A DNA stretch of 64,000 nucleotides from Phyllobates terribilis (taxonomy: Eukaryota), in the NCBI RefSeq assembly GCF_046119375.1, contig NW_027362764.1, positions 809,100,001 through 809,164,000 on the forward strand. Reading direction: 5' to 3'. A model generated the notes under the pieces. That model worked only from the letters and a program-made list of their open reading frames with translations, was not told where the DNA came from and searched no databases. Made by a program: the position numbers and the translations under genes. Position 1 is the stretch's first letter. Each line of letters opens with the position of its first letter. Positions 21,583 through 32,368 of the stretch are shown here, one piece after another.

Positions 21583-24500
21583 ACATTGTACTAGTGATGG
21601 CGCTGCTGATCACCCCCCCCCCCCCACCGTGAACATTGTACTAGTGATGGCGCTGCTGATCACCCCCCCCCCCACCCCGAACATTGTACTAGTGATGGCG
21701 CTGCTGATCACCCCCCCCCACCGCGAACAATGTACTAGTGATGGCGCTGCTGATCACCCCCCCGCCGCGTACATTGTACTAGTGATGGCGCTGCTGATCA
21801 CCCCCCCCCCCCCCACCGTGAACATTGTACTAGTGATGGCGCTGCTGATCACCCCCCCCCCACCCCGAACATTGTACTAGTGATGGCGCTGCTGATCACC
21901 CCCCCCCCACCGCGAACAATGTACTAGTGATGGCGCTGCTGATCACCCCCCCGCCGCGTACATTGTACTAGTGATGGCGCTGCTGATCACCCCCCCCACC
22001 GCGAACAATGTACTAGTGATGGCGCTGCTGATCACCCTACTCCCCCCCGCCGCGTACATTGTACTAGTGATGGCGCTGCTGATCACCCCCCACCCCCGCC
22101 GCGTACATTGTACTAGTGATGGCGCTGCTGATCACCCCCCCCCACCGCGAACATTGTACTAGTGATGGCGCTGCTGATCACCCCCCCCCCCCCCGCCGCG
22201 TACATTGTACTAGTGATGGCGCTGCTGATCACCCCCGCCGCGTACATTATACTAGTGATGGCGCTGCTGATCAGCCCCCCCACCGCGAACATTGTACTAG
22301 TGATGGCGCTGCTGATCAGCCCCCCCCCCCACCGCGAACATTGTACTAGTGATGGCGCTGCTGATCAGCCCCCCCACCGCGTACATTGTACTAGTGATGG
22401 CGCTGCTGATCAGCCCCCCCCCCACCGCGAACATTGTACTAGTGATGGCTCTGCTGATCACCCCCCCGCCGCGTACATTGTACTAGTGATGGCGCTGCTG
22501 ATCAGCCCCCCCCCCCCACGCGAACATTGTACTAGTGATGGCGCTGCTGATCACCCCCCCCCCCCCCCCGCGTACATTGTGCTAGTGATGGCGCTGCTGA
22601 TCAGCCCCCCCCCACGCGAACATTGTACCAGTGATGGCGCTGCTGATCACCCCCCCCCCCCCCCCCCCGCGTACATTGTGCTAGTGATGGCGCAGCTGAT
22701 CACCCCCCCCCCCCCCCCGCGCGTACATTGTGCTAGTGATGGCGCTGCTGATCACCCCCCCCCCCCCCGCGTGCATTGTGCTAGTGATGGCGCTGCTGAT
22801 CACCCCCCCCCCCCCCCGCGTACATTGTGCTAGTGATGGCGCTGCTGATCACCCCCCCCCCCCCCGCGTACATTGTGCTAGTGATGGCGCTGCTGATCAC
22901 CCCCCCCCCCGCGTACATTGTGCTAGTGATAGCGCTGCTGATCAGCCCCCCCCCCCCACGCGAACATTGTACTAGTGATGGCGCTGCTGATCACCCCCCC
23001 CGCGTACATTGTGCTAGTGATGGCGCTGCTGATCACCCCCCCCGCGTACATTGTGCTAGTGATGGCGCTGCTGATCACCCCCCCCGCCGCGTACATTGTG
23101 CTAGTGATGGCGCTGCTGATCACCCCCCCCCCCCCCCCGCGTACATTGTGCTAGTGATGGCGCTGCTGATCACCCCCCCGCGTACATTGTGCTAGTGATG
23201 GCGCTGCTGATCACCCCCCCCCCCCCCGCGTACATTGTGCTAGTGATGGCGCTGCTGATCACCCCCCCACCCCCCGCGTACATTGTGCTAGTGATGGCGC
23301 TGCTGATCACCCCCCCACCCCCCGCGTACATTGTGCTAGTGATGGCGCTGCTGATCACCCCCCCCCGCGTACATTGTGCTAGTGATGGCGCTGCTGATCA
23401 CCCCCCCCCCCCCCCCGCGTACATTGTGCTAGTGATGGCGCTGCTGATCACCCCCCCGCGTACATTGTGCTAGTGATGGCGCTGCTGATCACCCCCCGCG
23501 TACATTGTGCTAGTGATGGCGCTGCTGATCACCCCCCCCCCCCCGCGTACATTGTGCTAGTGATGGCGCTGCTGATCACCCCCCCCCCCCCCCGCGTACA
23601 TTGTGCTAGTGATGGCGCTGCTGATCACCCCCCCCCCCCGCGTACATTGTGCTAGTGATGGCGCTGCTGATCACCCCCCCCCCCCGCGTACATGTGCTAG
23701 TGATGGCGCTGCTGATCACCCACCCCCCCGCGTACATTGTGCTAGTGATGGCGCAGCTGATCACACCCCCCCCCCCACCCCGCGCGTACATTGTGCTAGT
23801 GATGGCGCTGCTGATCACCCCCCCCCCCCCGCGTGCATTGTGCAAGTGATGGCGCTGCTGATTCACCCCCCCGCGTACATTGTGCTAGTGATGGCGCTGC
23901 TGATCACCCCCCCCCCCCGCGTACATTGTGCTAGTGATGGCGCAGCTGATCACACCCCCCCCCCCCCACCCCGCGCGTACATTGTGCTAGTGATGGCGCT
24001 GCTGATCACCCCCCCCCCCCCCCCGCGTGCATTGTGCAAGTGATGGCGCTGCTGATCACCCCCCCCGCGTACATTGTGCTAGTGATGGCGCTGCTGATCA
24101 CCCCCCCCCCCCCGCGTACATTGTGCTAGTGATGGCGCTGCTGATCACCCCCCCCCCCCCGCGTACATTGTGCTAGTGATAGCGCTGCTGATCAGCCCCC
24201 CCCCCCCACGCGAACATTGTACTAGTGATGGCGCTGCTGATCACCCCCCCCCCCGCGTACATTGTGCTAGTGATGGCGCTGCTGATCACCCCCGCCGCGT
24301 ACATTGTGCTAGTGATGGCGCTGCTGATCACCCCCCCCGCGTACATTGTGCTAGTGATGGCGCTGCTGATCACCCCCCCCCGCGTACATTGTGCTAGTGA
24401 TGGCGCTGCTGATCACCCCCCGCGTACATTGTGCTAGTGATGGCGCTGCTGATCACCCCCCCCCCCCGCGTACATTGTGCTAGTGATGGCGCTGCTGATC

Positions 24501-24728
24501 ACCCCCCCACCCCCCGCGTACATTGTGCTAGTGATGGCGCTGCTGATCACCCCCCCCCCCCCCGCGTACATTGTGCTAGTGATGGCGCTGCTGATCACCC
24601 CCCCCCCCGCGTACATTGTGCTAGTGATGGCGCTGCTGATCACCCCCCCGCGTACATTGTGCTAGTGATGGCGCTGCTGATCACCCCCCCCCCCCCCGCG
24701 TACATTGTGCTAGTGATGGCGCTGCTGA
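21583..24728. repeat. Minisatellite ACATTGTGCTAGTGATGGCGCTGCTGATCA + poly-C + GCGT (about 42-50 bp)
   Basis: Directly visible; early copies TGTACTAG, later copies TGTGCTAG. Confidence 0.97.
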
Positions 24729-24837
24729 GTGGGATATACTTTCACGCTCCGTGTCGTGGTGATGTTGGGTGATGTAGTTGTTGTCAGGATCGGGGTGGAT
24801 CTCTTGGCTCTTCCTCACTTCTTGTCTCTGTTTTTAG

Positions 24838-24908
24838 GCTCCACAGAGGATCCCGGATCCGGTGACCAGAGAGAAGGATGAGTACGAGCAGACTCCTCGG
24901 ATGAAGAG
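24838..24908 (+). CDS. bop1: bop1 exon 3 (APQRIPDPVTREKDEYE[Q]DSSDEE), 71 nt, apparent 1-nt deletion at 24889-24891
   Basis: Acceptor CTTGTCTCTGTTTTTAG|, donor GAG|GTAAGA; GAT GAG TAC GAG CA GAC TCC TCG GAT GAA GAG encodes the conserved DEY..DSSDEE only across a frame change. Confidence 0.85.
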
Positions 24909-25244
24909 GTAAGACGCCCAGTGACTATGGGTCAGCGAGGAGTCAGGGGGAGTAGTCACCAGTGTGTCGGGAGGTGAGGACATCGCGGAGAGACTAGCAG
25001 TAATACCGCCGATGTGACAGTGGTGTCGCTCTGTGCTCCTGCAGATCAACCGCGGCTGCTCTGCTCAGCGCTACTGGACCAGACTATCCGGGTACAGCGC
25101 CATCTGTGGTCACTGTGGTTCCCACCTTCCCTCACTCAGGGGAGGGGTAAAGGAGACCCAAGCTGTGGTCGCTATTATGGTCTCCCAACCTCCTTTTATC
25201 TTTCGGATCTACCGTCCAAATCTATCCTTGGTCCCCCACCTTCT

Positions 25245-27270
25245 GTCGCCCTGGCTCCACTGGCCCCTGTAGGATCCCCCTCCTCTATGCTTGGGTCTCC
25301 TGTCGCCCTGGCTCTGCTGGCCACTGTAGGATCCCCCTCCTCTATCCTTGGTGTCTCCCGTTGCCCTGGCTCCTCTGGCCCCTGTAGGATCCCCCTCCTC
25401 TATCCTTGGGTCTCCTGTCGCCCTGGCTCTGCTGGCCACTGTAGGATCCCCCTCCTCTATCCTTGGGTCTCCCGTCGCCCTGGCTCCTCTGGCCCCTGTA
25501 GGATCCCCCTCCTCTATCCTTGGGTCTCCCGTCGCCCTGGCTCCTCTGGCCCAGGTAGGATCCCCCTCTATCCTTGGGTCTCCCGTCGCCCTGGCTCCTC
25601 TGGCCCCTGTAGGATTCCCCTCCTCTATCCTTGGGTCTGCCGTCGTCCTGCCCCCTGTAGGATCCCCCGACTCTATCCTTGGGTCTCCCGTCGCCCTGGC
25701 TCCTCTGGCCCCATTAGGATCCCCCTCCTCTATCCTTGGGTCTCCCGTCATCCTGGCCCCTGTAGGATCCCCCTCCTCTATCCTTGGGTCTCGCGTCGCC
25801 CTGGCTCCTCTTGGCCCCTGTAGGATCCCCCTCCTCTATCCTTGGGTCTCCCGTCGTCCTGGCCCCTGTAGGATCCCCCTCCTCTATCCTTGGGTCTCCC
25901 GTCGTCCTGGCTCCTGTTGGCCCCCTGTAGGATCCCCCTCCTCTATCCTTGGGGTCTCCCGTCGCCTTGGCCCCTGTAGGATCCCCCTCCTCTATCCTTG
26001 GTCTCCCGTGGCCTTGGCCCCTCTTTGCCCCTGTAGGATCCCCCTCCTCTATCCTTGGGTCTCCCGTCGCCCTGGCTCCTCTTGGCCCCTGTAGGATCCC
26101 CCTCTATCCTTGGGTCTCCCGTCGCCCTGGCCCCTGTAGGATCCCCCTCCTCTATCCTTGGGTCTCCCGTGGCCTTGGCCCCTCTTTGCCCCTGTAGGAT
26201 CCCCCTCCTCTATCCTTGGGTCTCCCGTCGTCCTGGCTCCTGTTGGCCCCTGTAGGATCCCCCTCCTCTATCCTTGGGTCTCCCATCGCCCTGACCCCTG
26301 TAGGATCCCCCTCCTCTATCCTTGGGTCTCCTGTCGCCCTGGCTCTTCTTGGCCCCTGTAGGATCCCCCTCCTCTATCCTTGGGTCTCCCGTCGCCCTGG
26401 TCCCTGTAGGATCCCCCTCCTCTATCCTTGGGTCTCCCGTCGTCCTAGCCCCTGTAGGATCCCCCTGCTCTATCCTTGGGTCTCCCGGCGTCCTGGCTCC
26501 TCTTGGCCTCTGTAGGATCCCCCTCCTCTATCCTTGGGTCTCCCGGCGTCCTAGCCCCTGTAGGATCCCCCTCCTCTATCCTTGGGTCTCCCGTCGTCCT
26601 GGCCCCTGTAGGATCCCCCTCCTCTATCCTTGGGTCTCCCGTTGCCCTGGCCCCTGTAGGATCCCCCTCCTCTATCCTTGGGTCTCCCGCCGCCCTGGCT
26701 CCTCTTGGCCCCTGTAGGATCCCCCTCCTCTATCCTTGGGTCTCCCGTCGCCCTGGCCCCTGTAGGATCCCCCTCCTCTATCCTTGGGTCTCCCGTCGCC
26801 CTGGCTCCTCTTGGCCCCTGTAGGATCCCCCTCCTCTATCCTTGGGTCTCCCGTCGCCCTGGCCCCTGTAGGATCCCCCTCCTCTATCCTTGGGTCTCCC
26901 GGCGCCCTGGCTCCTCTTGGCCCCTGTAGGATCCCCCTCCTCTATCCTTGGGTTTCCCGTCGCCCTGGCCCCTGTAGAATCCCCCTCCTCTATCCTTGGG
27001 TCTCCCGCCGCCCTGGCTCCTCTTGGCCCCTGTAGGATCCCCCTCCTCTATCCTTGGGTCTCCCGTCGCCCTGGCCCCTGTAGGATCCCCCTCCTCTATC
27101 CTTGGGTCTCCCGTCGCCCTGGCTCCTCTGGCCCCTGTAGGATCCCCCTCCTCTATCCTTGGGTCTCCCGTCGCCCTGGCTCTGCTGTCCCCTGTAGGAT
27201 CCCCCTCCTCTATCCTTGGGTCTCCTGTCGCCCTGGCTCCTCTTGGCCCCTGTAGGATCCCCCTCCTCCG
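25245..27270. repeat. 47/59-bp minisatellite GGCCCCTGTAGGATCCCCCTCCTCTATCCTTGGGTCTCCCGTCGCCCT(GGCTCCTCTT)
   Basis: BamHI site per unit; 106-bp dimer period in 26.6-27.1 kb. Confidence 0.96.
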
Positions 27271-27844
27271 CTCCGGGGTTAGGAAGTTTTCGGCAGGAGC
27301 ACAATGTCTTTTCCAGCTGTTCAGGTAATGAATGAGCCCCCGGCTGCTGGCGCTGTCTCTCTCTGTCTCTTGCCGGCTCCCCCCTCGCTGCAGAAGCGGA
27401 GTGTGACCCTGGAGGGGGGCGGAGGAGTTCGGTAGCTGCTCCTTGTGAGGTGCCCCCTCCTCTCCAGCACTTGGCAGCTCCTCGCCCCTCGCCCCGTCCT
27501 TGCAGCTTCTAATAAAAGTGGACTGAATTCTGGGCAGACGGCACATGAGCCGGTCCAACACATTAACCCTGAGGCTGCCGGCGAGGACTGTCTGGGATCC
27601 TGCCCCTGTCAGCTCTGGTCATTAGTGCCAGGACCTAATGATGGTGTGTAGCGCCACCTGCAGGAGAGGTGAAGGTACTGCAGCCAGATAAGGGTCTCCG
27701 GCTACAAAGTCTTACCCCCCCCAACCCGATGCTTTCCAGGTGACAGATCACTTTACATAAGAAGCGATGCCAATCTCCAGACCATTGGGGGTCCGCATCC
27801 TTGTAATGGACTCTGGGATCTCTGTTTACTGTCAGCGAATGGAT

Positions 27845-29360
27845 GTCGGGGGGCCGCTGCGGCTCGGCTGGCTGGCTCCGGGGGGGGCGGCCGCTTCGGC
27901 GGCTCTGTGTCCGGGGGGGACGGCCGCTTCGGCTCGGCTGGCTGTGTCCGGGGGGGCGGCCGCTTCGGCTTGGCTGGCTGTGTCCGGGGGGGCCGGCCGC
28001 TGCGGCTCGGTTCGGCTGGCTGTCTCTGGGGGGGCCGGCCGCTGCGGCTCGGTTCGGCTGGCTGTCTCTGGGGGGGGCGGCCGCTGCGGCTCGGTTCGGC
28101 TGGCTGTCCCCGGGGGGGCCGGCCGCTGCGGCTCGGCTGGCTGTCTCCGGGTGGGCCGGCCGCTGCGGCTCGGTTCGGCTGGCTGTCTCTGGGGGGGGCG
28201 GCCGCTGCGGCTCGGCTCGGCTGGCTGTCTCTGGGGGGGCCGGCCGCTGCGGCTCGGTTCGGCTGGCTGTCTCTGGGGGGGGCGGCCGCTGCGGCTCGGC
28301 TCGGCTGGCTGTCTCCGGGGGGGCCGGCCGCTGCGGCTCGGCTGGCTGTCTCCGGGGGGGCCCGGCCGCTGCGGCTCGGTTCGGCTGGCTGTCTCTGGGG
28401 GGGCCGGCCGCTGCGGCTCGGTTCGGCTGGCTGTCTCCGGGGGGGCCGGCCGCTGCGGCTCGGCTGGCTGTCTCCGGGGGGGCCGGCCGCTGCGGCTCGG
28501 TTCGGCTGGCTGTCTCCGGGGGGGCCGGCCGCTGCGGCTCGGTTCGGCTGGCTGTCTCTGGGGGGGCCGGCCGCTGCGGCTCGGCTCGGCTGGCTGTCTC
28601 TGGGGGGGCCGGCCGCTGCGGCTCGGTTCGGCTGGCTGTCTCCGGGGGGGCCCGGCCGCTGCGGCTCGGTTCGGCTGGCTGTCTCCGGGGGGGCCCGGCC
28701 GCTGCGGCTCGGCTGGCTGTCTCCGGGGGGGCCGGCCGCTGCGGCTCGGCTGGCTGTCTCCGGGGGGGCCGGCCGCTGCGGCTCGGCTGGCTGTCTCCGG
28801 GGGGGCCGGCCGCTGCGGCTCGGCTGGCTGTCTCCGGGGGGGCCGGCCGCTGCGGCTCGGCTGGCTGTCTCCGGGGGGGCCGGCCGCTGCGGCTCGGCTG
28901 GCTGTCTCCGGGGGGGCCGGCCGCTGCGGCTCGGCTGGCTGTCTCCGGGGGGGCCGGCCGCTGCGACTCGGCTGGCTGTCTCCGGGGGGGCCGGCCGCTG
29001 CGGCTCGGCTGGCTGTCTCCGGGGGGGCCGGCCGCTGCGGCTCGGCTGGCTGTCTCCGGGGGGGCGGCCGCTGCGGCTCGGCTGGCTGTCTCCGGGGGGG
29101 CCCGGCCGCTGCGGCTCGGTTCGGCTGGCTGTCTCCGGGGGGGCCGGCCGCTGCGGCTCGGTTCGGCTGGCTGTCTCTGGGGGGGGCGGCCGCTGCGGCT
29201 CGGTTCGGCTGGCTGTCTCCGGGGGGGCGGCCGCTGCGGCTCGGCTGGCTGTCTCCGGGGGGGCCGGCCGCTGCGGCTCGGCTGGCTGTCTCCGGGGGGG
29301 CCCGGCCGCTGCGGCTCGGTTCGGCTGGCTGTCTCCGGGGGGTCCGGCCGCCGCAGCTCG
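27845..29360. repeat. Very GC/CpG-rich 34-39-bp minisatellite GGCCGCTGCGGCTCGG(TTCGG)CTGGCTGTCTCCGGGGGG
   Basis: Directly visible; almost no A on the + strand. Confidence 0.97.
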
Positions 29361-30384
29361 GGACGGGAGCGTTTTCACTGGAAATAAAAGTTTTGCATCA
29401 CCTGAAATAAGAGTGCAGGGAGGTCTCCGGCCTTTCACAAGGGGTCTCGCACCTCGCACTCCGCTGAGTGCACGCCAGTCTTCTGAGATCTATAGCTAGC
29501 TGTGGTTAGCTGCCCCCGCAATGCTGACAGCTCCCAGTATTTACCCCTTGGGGTCCTCACCTGCTCCCTATTAAAGGGCCGGCCCCCTCGCTTCACTACT
29601 GCACTGCCCCCGATGGTAAGCGGAGGGTGGCGCCTCGTCATGCGGCCCCCTGTACAGTGTCAGGGGATCGGCTGGATACATTGTAACAAGCGGCACTGGG
29701 ACAGGATTTCTGCCTCCGGATACAGATGTTTCTGTTCACTGACAGACAGCAGCGCTCCTGAGAGGTCGCAGCGGCTTTTGCACCGTTTTCTATCTTTGTA
29801 ATTTTCTGGCTGATTCCAAGGCTCCGCCCCTTCCACCTGGCCACGCCCACCTGAGCTCACATTGTGGCACGCACCAAACTGCCTGACCGAGGGCCACAAG
29901 CAGGTGACGGGGCCCCAGTGACCCCACCTCATCAGTGACCGTCTGGCGGGATGTGAGGGGTTAATATCGGGGCTGATTTCCTCTGTTGGCAGTCAGAGGG
30001 TTAAAGCGTCACCTGCAGCGGGGGAGGCGGCCGCTCTTGTAAAGTGATCCGGGGGCTCAGGAAGGAGGAGAGTGGGGGGCGGATTATTGTCCCGTGGGGG
30101 GAGATGAGGAGCGAGTGAAGTGTTCCAGAGGTGGCTGCTTCCTCCAGCCCCAGACAGGCCCGGGGGGGATCCGCGGCCCCCACAGCTGCCGGCTGACACT
30201 CACCTGCTGCCAGCGCCGCCGGGCCCTCATCTACCTCGCCTGCGTGCTCCGGGTGTGCAGGGGTTAAGGGCTGGTCTGGGGGGCAGATGCCAGGCTGATC
30301 ATTAACCCCTGAGTGACCAAAGACTGCAGGTTCAGTGGGTTACAAACTGTTTCAGATGCTCGTGGCCCTGGCCCCTTTCTCTCG

Positions 30385-32296
30385 AGGCCGGAGCGGGCGG
30401 CCTCTTCTGCCCCGCCGGCCTCTCACTCTCGTGGAGCGGGCGGCCTCTTCTGCCCCGCCGGCCTCTCACTCTCGTGGAGCGAGCGGCCTCTTCTGCCCCG
30501 CCGGCCTCCCTCTGTCTGTCCCTCTCTCCTGGAGCGGGCGGCCTCTTCTGCCCCGCCGGCCTCTCACTCTCGTGGAGCGGGCGGCCTCTTCTGCCCCGCC
30601 GGCCTCCCTCTGTCTGTCCCTCTCTCCTGGAGTGGGCGGCCTCTTCTGCCCCGCTGGCCTCTCACTCTCGTGGATTTGGCGGCCTCTTCTGCCCCGCTGG
30701 CCTCTCACTCTCCTGGAGCTGGCGGCCTCTTCTGCCCCGCTGGCCTCTCACTCTCCTGGAGCGGGCGGCCTCTTCTGCCCCGCCGGCCTCTCACTCTCCT
30801 GGAGCGGGCGGCCTCTTCTGCCCCGCCGGCCTCTCACTCTCGTGGAGCGGGCGGCCTCTTCTGCCCCGCTGGCCTCTCACTCTCGTGGATTTGGCGGTCT
30901 CTTCTGCCCCGCTGGCCTCTCACTCTCCTGGAGCTGGCGGCCTCTTCTGCCCCGCCGGCCTCCCTCTGTCTGTCCCTCTCTCCTGGAGTGGGCGGCCTCT
31001 TCTGCCCCGCCGGCCTCTCACTCTCGTGGAGCGGGCGGCCTCTTCTGCCCCGCCGGCCTCTCACTCTCGTGGAGCGGGCGGCCTCTTCTGCCCCGCCGGC
31101 CTCTCACTCTCGTGGAGCGGGCGGCCTCTTCTGCCCCGCCGGCCTCCCTCTGTCTGTCCCTCTCTCCTGGAGTGGGCGGCCTCTTCTGCCCCTCTGGCCT
31201 CTCACTCTCGTGGATTTGGCGGCCTCTTCTGCCCCGTTGGCCTCTCACTCTCCTGGAGCTGGCGGCCTCTTCTGCCCCGCTGGCCTCTCACTCTCCTGGA
31301 GCGGGCGGCCTCTTCTGCCCCGCCGGCCTCTCACTCTCCTGGAGCGGGCGGCCTCTTCTGCCCCGCTGGCCTCTCACTCTCGTGGATTTGGCGGCCTCTT
31401 CTGCCCCGCTGGCCTCTCACTCTCCTGGAGCGGGCGGCCTCTTCTGCCCCGCCGGCCTCTCACTCTCCTGGAGCGGGCGGCCTCTTCTGCCCCGCCGGCC
31501 TCTCACTCTCGTGGAGCGGGCGGCCTCTTCTGCCCCGCTGGCCTCTCACTCTCGTGGATTTGGCGGTCTCTTCTGCCCCGCTGGCCTCTCACTCTCGTGG
31601 AGCAGGCGGCCTCTTCTGCCCCGCCGGCCTCCCTCTGTCTCTCGTGGAGCGGGCTGCCTCTTCTGCCCCGCTGGCCTCTCACTCTCGTGGATTTGGCGGC
31701 CTCTTCTGCCCCGCTGGCCTCTCACTCTCGTGGATTTGGCGGCCTCTTCTGCCCCGCTGGCCTCTCACTCTCGTGGATTTGGCGGCCTCTTCTGCCCCGC
31801 TGGCCTCTTACTCTCGTGGATTTGGCGGCCTCTTCTGCCCCGCTGGCCTCTCACTCTCGTGGATTTGGCGGCCTCTTCTGCCCCGCTGGCCTCTCACTCT
31901 CGTGGATTTGGCGGCCTCTTCTGCCCCGCTGGCCTCTCACTCTCGTGGAGCGGGCGGCCTCTTCTGCCCCGCCGGCCTCCCTCTGTCTCTCGTGGAGCGG
32001 ACGGCCTCTTCTGCCCCGCCGGCCTCCCTCTGTCTCTCGTGGAGCGGACGGCCTCTTCTGCCCCGCCGGCCTCCCTCTGTCTCTCGTGGAGCGGACGGCC
32101 TCTTCTGCCCCGCCGGCCTCCCTCTGTCTCTCGTGGAGCGGACGGCCTCTTCTGCCCCGCCGGCCTCCCTCTGTCTCTCGTGGAGCGGACGGCCTCTTCT
32201 GCCCCGCCGGCCTCCCTCTGTCTCTTGTGGAGCGGGCTGCCTCTTCTGCCCCGCCGGCCTCTCTCGTGGAGCGGGCGGCCTCTTCTGCCCCGCCGG

Positions 32297-32368
<72 letters not shown>

